Shown: piece by piece, positions 1 to 10,325 of the stretch
Numbering within the stretch: the stretch's first letter is position 1
Layout: each line of letters starts with the position of its first letter
Assembly (NCBI GenBank): GCA_964202905.1
Contig: CAXNJO010000008.1
Coordinates: forward strand, 128,001 to 192,000
Direction: 5' to 3'
Length of the DNA: 64,000 bases
Source of the DNA: Polyangiales bacterium
Lineage (GTDB): Bacteria; Myxococcota_A; Polyangia; Polyangiales; JADJQN01
Program-made: the position numbers and the translations under genes
The notes under the pieces: model-generated
What the model was told of the DNA's origin: nothing
Seen by the model: the letters and a program-made list of their open reading frames with translations, nothing else
Databases searched by the model: none

Positions 1-365
1 TGCGGGCCGGGCCGCACGAAGGCGAGCAGGCCGAGTTCGTGCGCGAGATCGAGGAACGCCCCGAGATCCTTGCGCGCGTCGCGACGGCCGAAGTCGAGCT
101 CGCCGGGCCCCGTCTCGTGTACGCCCCACGGCACGTACGTCTCGACGATGGGCAGGCCCAGTCGCACGAGCGACTCGAGCGCGGGCCGCCAGGCGCTGCG
201 CTCCAGCCGCCAGTAGTGGACGGCGCCGGAGAGCAGCGGCACGGAGCGCGTGCCCACCCGGAGCGCGCGGTCACGCAGGTCCACGCGGAGCGCGCGCGGG
301 GGTTGATCGACGGGGCCGCGTGCTCGCACGGCGCGGGGGCGCTCGGAGGCGCGGGGGCCGGGCAT
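1..365 (-). CDS. Glycoside hydrolase family 35 (beta-galactosidase-like), N-terminal part; runs off the window start
   Basis: Manual minus-strand translation from ATG at 365: ...LLSGAVHYWRLERSAWRPALESLVRLGLPIVETYVPWGVHETGPGELDFGRRDARKDLGAFLDLAHELGLLAFVRPGP, the GH35 N-terminal pattern. Not in the ORF track because there is no stop in the window. Confidence 0.85.
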   Translation of the reverse strand, partial: MPGPRASERPRAVRARGPVDQPPRALRVDLRDRALRVGTRSVPLLSGAVHYWRLERSAWRPALESLVRLGLPIVETYVPWGVHETGPGELDFGRRDARKDLGAFLDLAHELGLLAFVRPGP

Positions 366-593
366 GATGGGCTGCGGAGGATAAACGCAGCGCGGAGCCA
401 CGCCAAGGGCGCCGCGCAGGGGCCTGCAGCGCCGATCACGGCGGTCGGACGGGCGCTCGCCACGTCGGTCATGCCCACGCTTGGTGTCGCCGTGCGTTGT
501 CGAAGGCCCCGCGGGCTCCGCATGCGGTTGCCCGCGCGCCGCGCCGCCCCTGCGCCGTCGCGCGCGCCCGAACGAGGGCGGTGTCCGGGGCCG

Positions 594-1775
594 TCAGGGC
601 TGCACGGCCGCGTAGGTGGGGCCCACGGCCGAGAGCCACGACAGCGCGCGCGAGTCGCCCGTCGCGAGGTCGATCACCGTGAGCACGTTGGGCCCGGGCA
701 GCGGCACGAAGGCGTGCGACGCATCGGGGGACACCGCGACGCCGAGCGGAATCGAACTGCGATCGCCGCCCGCGAGCGGCCACTCGGCGAGCTCGCGCGG
801 CTCAGTGTCGGCGAGCGAGACGCGCAGCAGGCGGCTCGGGCGCGCGCCGATCGTCACGAGCACATCGCTCGTGCCCGGGACGTGCGTGACGCCGTACGCG
901 ATGCCCGCGAGCGGCCGCTCGGCCACGATCCGCGGACTGCGGGGGTCGCCCACGTCGAGCACCGTGTAGCCCGAGGGCGTGAGCGAGCGGGCGATGAGCG
1001 CGCGCCCCGTGCCGGGCACGAAGGCGGTGTCGCCCGGATCGCCGCCGATGAGCAGCGGCGCCGAGAGCGTGCCGCCCGGATCGGCCGGATCGAAGGTGCG
1101 GACGGTGCCCGTTCCGTCGAGGTTGACGAGCCCGACGGTGCCCGTCGCGTCGAGCACGACCTGCTCGGGCAGCGGGCCCACCTCGACGCTCTCGACGAGC
1201 GTGCCCGACGCGAGGTCGATGACCGACATCGTCGTGCCGCGCGCGCCTTCGACCCCGAAGTCGGCGGTGAAGGCGCGCATGCCATCCGGTGTGATGGCGA
1301 TGCTCATCGACACGCTCGGGGTCGCGATCCGCGCGCGCACCGTCCGCGTCGCGAGGTCGACGAGCAGCAGCCCACCGCCCGCCGGGATGCGCCGCGCGCC
1401 GAGTCCGACACCGACGATCGTGTCGAAGAAGCCCGGTCCGACCGCGACGACGGCGGTGCGTCCGTCGGGCGTGAGCTCGAGCTCGATGGGGCCCGGCGCG
1501 TCGTCGGGGAGCGCGATCGTGCCCGTGATCGCGCACGCTGCGGACGCGCCCGATTCGAGCCGCGCCTCGTCGAAGAGCGTGAGCGAGCGCGCGAGCCAGT
1601 CGGCCGTGACCACGAGCCGCGGGGCCGTCATCGGCGTGCCGCAGTCCGGTGGCACCGCGGCGTCCGCGCGCCCGGGGTCGGCCCCCGCGTCGGGCGAGGC
1701 CGGGCCCGGTGTCGACGCGTCGCAGGCTCCGGCGAGCACGGCGCACAGCGCCCACGCGACGGCGCGCGGACTCAA
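594..1775 (-). CDS. YncE/YVTN-type beta-propeller lipoprotein
   Basis: C-terminal part of ORF 594..2426. Lipobox-like LAGAC and repeated propeller blades (IAITPDG, VAVSPDA, LELTPDG). TTG at 1775 overlaps the upstream stop; the start is inferred. Confidence 0.7.
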   Translation of the reverse strand: MSPRAVAWALCAVLAGACDASTPGPASPDAGADPGRADAAVPPDCGTPMTAPRLVVTADWLARSLTLFDEARLESGASAACAITGTIALPDDAPGPIELELTPDGRTAVVAVGPGFFDTIVGVGLGARRIPAGGGLLLVDLATRTVRARIATPSVSMSIAITPDGMRAFTADFGVEGARGTTMSVIDLASGTLVESVEVGPLPEQVVLDATGTVGLVNLDGTGTVRTFDPADPGGTLSAPLLIGGDPGDTAFVPGTGRALIARSLTPSGYTVLDVGDPRSPRIVAERPLAGIAYGVTHVPGTSDVLVTIGARPSRLLRVSLADTEPRELAEWPLAGGDRSSIPLGVAVSPDASHAFVPLPGPNVLTVIDLATGDSRALSWLSAVGPTYAAVQP

Positions 1776-2842
1776 CCCCGCGGCTCCCGCTCGCTGCGCG
1801 GTGGACGGAGAAAGGCGCCGTCGTTCTGGAACACGCACACGCGGTCGCGGCCTTCCGACTTGGCCTGATAGAGCGCGCGATCCGCGGCCTTCACGAGCTC
1901 GTCCTTCGCGTTGACGTCGCGGCTCGGGTAGAACGCGACGCCGATGGAGACCGTGACGCGCAGCTCGTTCGTGCCGACGCGAATCGGCGGGCGCGAGACC
2001 GCACGCCAGAGCCGATCGGCGACGACGATCGCGCCCGAGGAGTGCGTGCCTGGCAGCACCAGCATGAACTCCTCGCCCCCGTAGCGCGCGACCACGTCGA
2101 TCTCGCGGAGCCCCGTCTTCAGACGGGCACCGACCTCGCGGAGCACCACGTCGCCCACGTCGTGGCCGTACGTGTCGTTGACCCGCTTGAAGTGGTCGAC
2201 GTCGATCATCGCGCAGGCGAGGGGCTCGTGGTAGCGCTCTGCGCGCTTGTACTCTTCGACCAGCCGCGAGTGCAGGTAGCGGTAGTTGTAGAGGCCCGTG
2301 AGCTCGTCGACGACCGAGAGCTGCTCGAGCCGCGCGCGCGATGCCTGCACGTGGTCGTGCAGGCGCTTGATGCGGAGCATCCCGTTGACGCGCGCGAGCA
2401 GCTCGCGCTCGTCGAAGGGTTTGCACACGTAGTCGTCGGCCCCGATGCGGAGGCCCTCGACGCGGCTCTCGGTGTCGCTCTTGCCCGTCACGAGCATGAC
2501 CGGCAGGAACGTGTCGGCCGTCATCGTCTTGATGAGACGGCAGCAGTCGATGCCCGAGAGCCCGGGCATCACGACGTCCATCATCACGAGGTCGACGCCG
2601 CCCTGGCCGACGCGGTCGACCGCAGCCTTGCCGTTGTCGATGACCTCGACCTGCATGCCCTGCGCGCGGAGCAGGTGCGCGACGCGCTCGCGGCTCGCGC
2701 GGTCGTCGTCTGCGATGAGCACGCGCGGCGTCGTCGGCGGCGTGTCCAGACGCAGGCCCCAGGGGGGCGTGACCGAGCGCGCGCCGCGACCGACGGGGGG
2801 ACGGCTGCTCACGGGGGGTCCGGGGGGACGACTCGCCGACAT
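1772..2842 (-). CDS. Response regulator diguanylate cyclase (REC-GGDEF)
   Basis: REC domain (VLIADDD, LVMMDVVMPG, CKPF), then DELTGLYN, MIDVDHFK, I-site REID and active-site GGEEF. Confidence 0.93.
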   Translation of the reverse strand: MSASRPPGPPVSSRPPVGRGARSVTPPWGLRLDTPPTTPRVLIADDDRASRERVAHLLRAQGMQVEVIDNGKAAVDRVGQGGVDLVMMDVVMPGLSGIDCCRLIKTMTADTFLPVMLVTGKSDTESRVEGLRIGADDYVCKPFDERELLARVNGMLRIKRLHDHVQASRARLEQLSVVDELTGLYNYRYLHSRLVEEYKRAERYHEPLACAMIDVDHFKRVNDTYGHDVGDVVLREVGARLKTGLREIDVVARYGGEEFMLVLPGTHSSGAIVVADRLWRAVSRPPIRVGTNELRVTVSIGVAFYPSRDVNAKDELVKAADRALYQAKSEGRDRVCVFQNDGAFLRPPRSEREPRG

Positions 2843-2999
2843 GACGCGGAGGCTATCACCGCGGGCGCAGCGTCACGGAGCACGCTCGCGGTGAATCGAC
2901 GCACGGGTCGTCGCGGCGCGCGAGGAGGGAGGCTCCGGGGGGCTGACGCGCGGCCGCGTGGGCTGCGTGAAGCCCTTTGTCAACAACGATTTAAGCGCG

Positions 3000-3016
3000 C
3001 GGCTCGTGCCTTGCAT
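3000..3016 (+). promoter_or_regulatory. Sigma-54-type -24/-12 site upstream of rpoN
   Basis: CGGCTCGTGCCTTGCAT: GG (3001-3002), N10, GC (3013-3014) within TTGCA. A TATACT -10-like hexamer lies at 3046-3051. Confidence 0.45.
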
Positions 3017-3074
3017 ATTGCTTTCGCCGCGCTTCGCCCGGTGTCTATACTGAGCGCTCAGGAGGCTTCGCCGC

Positions 3075-4574
3075 ATGGAGATCAAGCAGCAGCTCCGCCT
3101 GTCCCAGCAGCTGGTGATGACGCCGCAGCTGCAGCAGGCCATCAAGCTGCTGCAGATGTCGCGGATGGAGCTCGTCGATCTCGTCCACGAGGAGATGCTC
3201 GAGAACCCCGTGCTTGAGGACGTCGCCGAGATCGGCGTCCCCCTCGAGAAAGTCACCGCCAGCTCCGCCTCGGTCGACAACGAATCCCGCGGCGAGCACG
3301 AGGTCCGCGCGCTCGAGGCGGCCGCGCCCGGCGAGGTCCCGACCCAGAGCGACGCGTCGCGCGAGGCCGAGAAGAAGACCGACGAGATCGACTGGGAGCG
3401 CTACCTCGAGAACCACGCGCTGCAGGCGCCGCTCCCGAGCTTCCGCGGTAGCGACGAGGAACTCCCCGGGCTCGAGGCCACACTCACGCGCGGCGCGGAT
3501 CTGCCCGACCACCTCATGTGGCAGATGCGTCTCACCGACTTCGTCGACGACGAGCAGCGCTTCGCCACGCTCGTCATCGGGAACCTCACCGACGACGGCT
3601 ACCTCAAGCTCGAAGACGTGCCCCCCGAGGAGGTCGTGCCGCGGCTCGCCGCCGAGGCGGGGCTCGACGCGGAGGATGCCGAGGAGGTGCTCGCGCTCAT
3701 CCAGCGCTTCGATCCCGTCGGCGTCGCGAGCCGTGACCTGCGCGAGTGCCTGCTCGTGCAGGCGCGCACCTTCGGGCTCGACCAGCTCGTGCTCGACGTG
3801 CTCGACCGGCACCTCGGCCACCTCGAGCGGAAGAACTACGGCGCCATCGCGAAGGACCTGCGCTGCGCGCTCGAGGAGGTCTACGACGTCGCGCAGGTCA
3901 TCGCGGAGCTCGAGCCGCGGCCGGGCCGCAACTTCATCACCGAAGAGCCGCAGTACATCACCCCCGACGTCTACGTGCACAAGGTCGGTGACGAGTACTA
4001 CGTGCAGGCCAACGACGACGGGATGCCGAAGCTGAAGATCAGCGGCTTCTACCGCGCCGCGATGCAGGGCGACCCGAAGGCGAAGGAGTACATCCAAGGC
4101 AAGCTGCGCTCGGCGCAGTGGCTGATCCGCAGCATCGATCAGCGTCGGAAGACGATCGTCCGCGTGACGGAGTGCATCGTCGAGAAGCAGAAGGAGTTCT
4201 TCGAGCTCGGCATCGAGTACCTGAAGCCGATGATCCTGCGGGACGTCGCCGACACCGTCGGGATGCACGAGAGCACGATTTCACGCGTGACGAGCAACAA
4301 GTACGTCCACACGCCACGTGGAATATTCGAGCTCAAATACTTCTTCAACAGCGCAATCCGCCGCGATGACGGGCAGGACGACATCGCCTCGGAGAGCGTG
4401 AAGCAGGCGATCCGGAAGATCATCCAGGAGGAGGACGACAGAAACCCCCACAGCGACCAGAAGATCGTGGAGATCCTCGCCGCGGCCGGCATCGTCATCG
4501 CCCGCCGCACCGTGGCGAAGTACCGCGAGATGCTCGGTATTCTCAGCTCGTCGAAACGCAAGAAGTTCTTCTGA
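3075..4574 (+). CDS. rpoN: RNA polymerase sigma-54 factor
   Basis: Gln/Leu-rich region I (LSQQLVMTPQLQQAIKLLQ), HTH MHESTISRV, RpoN box ARRTVAKYRE; RBS GGAGG. Confidence 0.98.
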   Translation: MEIKQQLRLSQQLVMTPQLQQAIKLLQMSRMELVDLVHEEMLENPVLEDVAEIGVPLEKVTASSASVDNESRGEHEVRALEAAAPGEVPTQSDASREAEKKTDEIDWERYLENHALQAPLPSFRGSDEELPGLEATLTRGADLPDHLMWQMRLTDFVDDEQRFATLVIGNLTDDGYLKLEDVPPEEVVPRLAAEAGLDAEDAEEVLALIQRFDPVGVASRDLRECLLVQARTFGLDQLVLDVLDRHLGHLERKNYGAIAKDLRCALEEVYDVAQVIAELEPRPGRNFITEEPQYITPDVYVHKVGDEYYVQANDDGMPKLKISGFYRAAMQGDPKAKEYIQGKLRSAQWLIRSIDQRRKTIVRVTECIVEKQKEFFELGIEYLKPMILRDVADTVGMHESTISRVTSNKYVHTPRGIFELKYFFNSAIRRDDGQDDIASESVKQAIRKIIQEEDDRNPHSDQKIVEILAAAGIVIARRTVAKYREMLGILSSSKRKKFF

Positions 4575-4620
4575 ATCCGAGAGCACGCAGCGTTCACAGC
4601 CCTTCCGAGGAGGCCCACCC

Positions 4621-4953
4621 ATGCGCGTCGCATTCACGTTTCGGAACCTCGAGTCGTCGGATGCCGTCAAGCAGTACGCGACGGACAAGATCGCGAAGTT
4701 CCAGAAGTACCTCCGCGCTCCGCTCGAGGCGGAGGTGGTCGCGTCCCTAGAGCGTCACCTGCAGTGCGTAGACATCGTGATCGTGTCGGGCAGCAGCCGG
4801 TACGAAGCGCGCGAGGAGTCGCAGGACATGTACGCGTCGATCGACATGGTCATCGACAAGCTCGACCTGCAGCTGAAGCGTGACAAGGGCGCGCAGACCG
4901 ACCGCAAGCGCGGCGCGGGCGGCATCGCGCAGCTCACGGGCAAGAACCGCTAG
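4621..4953 (+). CDS. hpf: Ribosome hibernation promoting factor (HPF/RaiA)
   Basis: TFRNLESSDAVKQY...DMYASIDMVIDKLDLQL; canonical position after rpoN. Confidence 0.9.
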   Translation: MRVAFTFRNLESSDAVKQYATDKIAKFQKYLRAPLEAEVVASLERHLQCVDIVIVSGSSRYEAREESQDMYASIDMVIDKLDLQLKRDKGAQTDRKRGAGGIAQLTGKNR

Positions 4954-5017
4954 CCACCTCGGCCCCGGTGCGCCGCGACCTCCGCGGCGCCCGCCGGCCA
5001 GCCCCTGTGAGCCGGTC

Positions 5018-5479
5018 ATGCGTCTCCGCGAGATCCTCCAGCCCGAGCGCGTCGTCCCGCGCCTCGACGTGCACGACAAGCCGGCGGCCCTCCGCGCGCT
5101 CGCGCGCATCTTCGCCGCGAGCGACGCGCGGCTCGTGGAGGAGGACGTGCTCCGCGTGCTCTCGGAGCGCGAGGCGCTCGGCTCGACGGGCGTCGGGAGC
5201 GGCGTCGCGATTCCCCACGGCCGCCTGCATGGGCTCGACGCGATGCAGGCGGCCATCGCGCTCTGTCCGGATGGCGTCGGCTTCGACGCGGTCGACGGCG
5301 AGCCGGCGCAGATCTTCGTCGCGCTGCTCGCGCCCGATCGGCACACCGGCGATCACCTGAAGGCGCTCGCGCGCGTCTCTCGGCTGCTGCGCGACGCCTC
5401 CGTGCGTGAGCGCTTGCTCCGCGCGGAAGGCCGCGAGGCGTTGCTCGCGGTCGTCGAAGAAGAAGACGCGCGCCACTGA
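5018..5479 (+). CDS. ptsN: PTS EIIA(Ntr)-like protein
   Basis: REALGSTGVGSGVAIPHG (phospho-His) and HLKALARVSRLL; ATG at 5018 within ORF 4880..5479. Confidence 0.92.
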   Translation: MRLREILQPERVVPRLDVHDKPAALRALARIFAASDARLVEEDVLRVLSEREALGSTGVGSGVAIPHGRLHGLDAMQAAIALCPDGVGFDAVDGEPAQIFVALLAPDRHTGDHLKALARVSRLLRDASVRERLLRAEGREALLAVVEEEDARH

Positions 5480-5552
5480 GCGGCGTGGCGCCGCGGCACG
5501 GGCGGCGTGCGCGCACGGCCGTGCGGGAGGCCCGGCGAGGTCCTGGGCGCGC

Positions 5553-8500
5553 TCAGCCCGCCGCGGCCGTCGCCGGCGTGCCCGCTGCGGTGGCATCGAG
5601 ACGCGCGCGCACGGCGTGCCAGATCGCCTCGTGCGTGAGCGGTGAGGGCACGGTGACGCAGCCGCCTGCGGGGCCGAAGGACGCGATGGCGTCGCGCAGC
5701 GCCTCGCGCACCGAGAGCGCGAGCATGAGGGGCGGCTCGCCGACGGCCTTGCTCCCGTGCACCACGCCCGACTGCGTCGCGTGGGGGAAGAGCGTCACGT
5801 CGAAGCGCGACGGCGCGTCGCCGAAGGCGGGGATCTGGTAGGTGCTCGCCGAGTGCGTGAGCAGACGTCCGTCGTCGGACCAACGGAGCTCCTCCGCGGT
5901 GAGCCAGCCGACGCCTTGCAGGAAGCCGCCCTCGATCTGGCCGCGATCGATCGCGGCGTGCAGCGTGTCGCCGACGTCCTGCACGATGTCGACCGCGACG
6001 AGGCGCTTCATGCCCGAGAGGCCGTCGACCTCGACCTCGGCGAGCGCGGCGCCGAGCGCGAAGTAGTGGAAGGGCTTGCCGCGGCCTTTGGCGGCGTCGT
6101 AGTGGAGGGCGGGCGTGCGGTAGAAGCCCGTCACCGAGAGGGGCACCTGCGCGAAGTAGGCGTCGGACACGACGCGCTCGAAGGCCACCGCGCGCGCCGG
6201 CTCGTCGTGCGGCGCGACGTGACCGTCGGACCACACGAGCGCCTCGGCGTCGGGCGAGGCGCCGCCGTGCGCGGCCACGATCGCGCGGGCGGCGATGGGC
6301 GCGAGGCGCGCCTTCAGCTCGACGCACGCGTGGCGGACGGCGGCGCCGTTCAGATCCGCGCCCGCGGAGGCGGCCGTCGCCGAGGTGTTCGGGCACCTTG
6401 TCCGTCGCGGTCTTCATCACCCGCACGCGCTCGCGTGACAGGCCGAGCTCGCGCATCGCGATGCCGACGATCTTCGTGTGGAGCCCTTGGCCCATCTCGG
6501 TGCCGCCGTGGTTGACCTGCACGGAGCCGTCCCGGTACGACGAGCAAGAGCGCGCCGGCCTGGTTGAGGAAGCTCGCGGTGAACGAGATGCCGAACTTCA
6601 CCGGCGTGAGCGCGAGCCCGCGCTTCACCCACGGATTCGCGGCATTCCACGCGTCGATGTCGGCGCGGCGCGCGTCGAGGCGGGCGTCGCGGCGCAGCCC
6701 GCGCCAGAGCCGCTCGATGCGGTCGTCCTCGAGCAGCTGCCCGTAGTGCGTGGTGCGCGAGTCGCCTTCGCCGCGGTAGAGGTTGCGCTCACGGACGTCC
6801 TCCGGGCGCAGGCCGAGCGTGCGCGCGACGTGGTCGAGGACGTCCTCGACGACGAGCATGCCCTGCGGCCCACCGAAGCCGCGAAACGCGGTGTTCGAGA
6901 CGAGGTGCGTCTTCGCGACACGCCCGGTCGCGGAGAGCGCGGGGACGTAATACGCGTTGTCGAGATGGAAGAGCGCGCGGTCGAGGATCGACTGCGAGAG
7001 GTCGAGCGACCAGCCGCCGTTCGAGACGAGCTCGGCGCGCAGCGCGAGCAGGCGACCCTCGTCGTCGAAGCCCACCTCCCACCGCGCCGCGAAGGGGTGC
7101 CGCTTGCCCGTGAGGGCCATGTCGACGTCGCGATCGAGCATCACGCGCACGGGGCGGCGCGTCTTCCACGCGGCGAGCGCGACGAGCGCGGCCCACGTGT
7201 TGCCCTGTGTCTCCTTGCCGCCGAAGCCGCCGCCCATGCGCGGCGCGGTGACGACGACCTTGTGCCGCGGCAGGTGGAGCACGTGCGCGACGACGGCCTG
7301 AATCTCGGACGGATGCTGCGTCGAGGACACGACCTGCACGTCGTCGTCGTCGCCGCGCTCGGCCCACGCCGCCTGCGTCTCGAGGTAGAAATGCTCCTGC
7401 CCGCCGACGACGCTGTGGCCCGCGAGGCGGCGCGGCGCGCCCGCGAGCGCCGCGTCGACGTCACCGCGTGTGATGGTGTGCGGCTCGGTGTGGAAGGAGC
7501 CGGCCTCGATCGCGGCGTCGATCGTGAGCAGCGCGGGCAGGGGCTCGACCTCGACGATCACGGCGGCCGCGGCCGCGCGGCACGCGGCGACGCTGTCGCC
7601 GACGACGACCGCGACCATGTGGCCGTGGAAGAGGATCTCGCGATCGGCGAGCAGCGACTCGTCCTTGCGCAGCGCGCCGACGTCGTTCTCGCCGGGGATG
7701 TCGGCGGCCGTCAGCACCGCGGCGATGCCGGGCATCGCGCGCGCTGCGGTGGTGTCGACGCGCAGCACGCGCCCGTGCGCGCAACGTGCGGAGACGGGCC
7801 AGAGCGTGAGCGCGTCGGGCGGGAGTCGCGCGTCGTCCACGTAGCGTGCGGCGCCCGTGACGTGGCCACGGGCGCTCTCGTGCGCGAGCGCGCGTGACGG
7901 GCCTCCGGGCGCGTCGGTGGCGGCGAACCGACCGGGGACCTCGTAGTCGATCGCGTCGTCCTGCGCGCCACTCTCGACGCCGCGCGCGAGCTTCTCGAGC
8001 AGCCCGACGACGAGCCCGGCGCGGAAGGCCCGGCCGCCGCGCGCGTCGTCGAGCGGCGTGAACTCCGCGGCGAGCACGTCCCGGATGGCGTCGATGGCTG
8101 CGGGGCCCCACACGCGGCCGAGCAGCGCTTGCTCGGCGCGTCGCGCGCGCGCCGGGGTCGCCGCCACGCCCCCGTAGGCGAGCCGCGCGTGGCGCACGAG
8201 GCCCGCGTCGTCGGTGCCGATGCAGAACGCGGCGGCGACGATGCTGATGTCGAGCTCGCGTCGCTTGCTGACCTTCGCGGCGCGAATCGTCCGCGCGAGC
8301 CCGTCGCGCACCGCGCCCGGGCGCGGGATCACGATGGCGCGCACGATCTCCCCTGGCGCGAGGGCGGTCTTGCGGTACGCGAGGAAGAAGTCGGCGAGCG
8401 GCATCGTGCGCTCGCCGGACGCGCTCGCGAGCGTGAGGTCTGCGTCGAGCGCGAGCAGCACCGGGGCCATGTCGCCGATGGGCGACGCGGTGACGAGGTT

Positions 8501-9425
8501 GCCCGCGAGAGTCGCGCGGTTGCGGATCTGCCGGGACGCGAACACACGCAACATCGCGTCGACGGCCGGGATCTCGCCGGCGAGCGTCTCCTCGAGTTCG
8601 GTGAGCGTCGCCGCGCCGCCGACGACGAACGCATCGGGGCGAACCTCGATGCGGCGCAGGTCGGGCACCGCTTCGGTGGACACGAGGAACGGATACGTGT
8701 CGCCGCGCTTGTTGAGCCAGACGCCGATCTCCGTCGCGCCCGCGACGAGGACCGCCTCGGGGTGCGCGGCGAGCAACGCGAGCAGGGCCGTGAGGCTCGC
8801 GGGACGGGCGAAGCGCTGCCCGTCGCGCGTCTCGTCGAAGGCCGCGAGGGGCGCGTCCTTGCGGCGGAGCGTGAGCAGGTGGGGGTCTTCGCCGGCGCCC
8901 GTCCACGCGGTGCCGCGCTGGGCGATCGCCGCATCCATCGCGTCGCGGATCGGGCGGTAGCCGGTGCAGCGGCAGAGGTTGCCGCAGAGCTGGTCGGAGA
9001 CGTCGGCCGGCGTGCGGCACGCGTCCCGGTAGAAGCCCTCGAACATCGAGACCACGAAGCCGGGCGTGCAGAATCCGCACTGCGACCCGTGCTGGCGCAC
9101 CATCGCGTCTTGAACGGGGTGCAGCACCGTCGCCGTCGCCGTCGCCCGAGGTCGCGGCGAGCCCCTCGACCGTGAGGACCTCGCGCCCCGCGAGGGCGGT
9201 CGCGAGCGCGATGCAGGCGTTGATGGCGCGGAAGCGGCGCTCGCCGCTCGCGGGATCGGTGTCGACGAGGGCGACCGAGCACGCCCCGCAGTCGCCCTCG
9301 TTGCAGCCCATCTTCGTGCCGCAGAGCCCGGTGCCGCGAAGCCAGTCGAGCAGGGTGGTCGTGGTCGCCGTGCCCGCGAGGGACCGCTTCTCACCGTTGA
9401 CGATCACGTGCAGCGCGGAGGTCAT
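5553..9425 (-). CDS. xdhB: Xanthine dehydrogenase, fused small (2Fe-2S/FAD) and molybdopterin subunits; three +1 frameshifts (~9125, ~6540, ~6390)
   Basis: GTKMGCNEGDCGAC, GSQCGFCTPG, GNLCRCTGYRPI, ATLAGNLVTASPIGD, GGQEHFYLE, RMGGGFGGKE, AFRGFGGPQG, GTEMGQGLHTK and GSKAVGEPP are spread across four ORFs (7461..9461, 6350..9394, 5353..6522, 5553..6278). Confidence 0.9.
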
Positions 9426-9470
9426 CGCGCGACCATACCGCAGAGGCCCCGCTGCGATCACGCGCGCCGA

Positions 9471-10325
9471 TCAACGTGCGCGACGCCAGCGGATCAGCTC
9501 GCCAGCGATCGCGACCGCGATCTCGTCGGGGCTGCGCGCGCCGATGTCGAGCCCGATGGGCATCCGCACCCGCGCGAGGTCCGCCGCGGGGAAGCCGCGC
9601 GCCTCGAGCCGCGCGAGCGTCCGTGCGTGCTTGGCGCGCGAGCCGACGCCTCCGACGAACGCGAAACCCTCGCGGAGCGCCCACTCGACGACCGCCTGAT
9701 CGCGCTGGTGATCGTGGGTCATCGCGACGACCGCGGCCTCTCGGGGCAGGGTGCGCCCCGCCTCGTCCCACGGCTCCGCGAGGCAGCGCAGGCGCGGCCC
9801 CGCCATCGTCTCCGCGGCGCGCGCGATCCACGCCTCGCGCTCATCGGCCAGGGTCACGGCGAAGCCGCACCGGGCGAGCAGCGGCGCGCACGCCTGGCCG
9901 ACGTGGCCCGCGCCCACGACGAGCACGGGGCACGCGGAGGCGAGCGTCTCGATCAGCACCTCGACGGTGCCGCCGCAGCACATGCCGAGCGAGGCGCCGA
10001 GCCGATACACCTCGCGCGCGGCCCCGGCCTCGCCGCCCGCCGCGAGCCGCCGCGTGAGCGCGTCGAGCACCGCACGCTCGAGCGCGCCGCCCCCCACCGT
10101 GCCGACGCAGGCGCCCTCCGACGCGAGCAGAAGTTTCTGTCCGGGCGTCGCGGGCGTCGAGCCGCGGCGGTCGATCACCGTCGCGAGCACGACCCGCGCG
10201 CCTTGCCCGGCGAGCTCGCCCGCGACCCGCAGCACCTCGGCCGCGTCCGCGGTGCGCGGGGCGTGCACGACATCGCGTGCGGTGTCTTCCTCGACGAGGT
10301 GCTCCGGCCGCGCGTCGGACGTCAT
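9471..10325 (-). CDS. xdhC: Xanthine dehydrogenase accessory protein
   Basis: GSTPATPGQK, GTVGGGALE, LGMCCGG, VVGAGHVG, AMTHDH, GGVGSRAK, PIGLDIGARSPDEIAVAI. Confidence 0.92.
   Translation of the reverse strand: MTSDARPEHLVEEDTARDVVHAPRTADAAEVLRVAGELAGQGARVVLATVIDRRGSTPATPGQKLLLASEGACVGTVGGGALERAVLDALTRRLAAGGEAGAAREVYRLGASLGMCCGGTVEVLIETLASACPVLVVGAGHVGQACAPLLARCGFAVTLADEREAWIARAAETMAGPRLRCLAEPWDEAGRTLPREAAVVAMTHDHQRDQAVVEWALREGFAFVGGVGSRAKHARTLARLEARGFPAADLARVRMPIGLDIGARSPDEIAVAIAGELIRWRRAR

Noticed and set aside
39..1868. Long Arg/Ala/Gly-rich ORFs such as 39..1868, 13610..15433, 18273..20399, 20496..22763, 30542..32893 and 36216..38378
   Set aside because: Antisense or off-frame shadows of real genes, expected at this GC content; no motifs.
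6380..9150. Programmed ribosomal frameshifting in xdh
   Set aside because: No slippery heptamers; several unrelated genes show similar single-base indels, which points to sequencing error.
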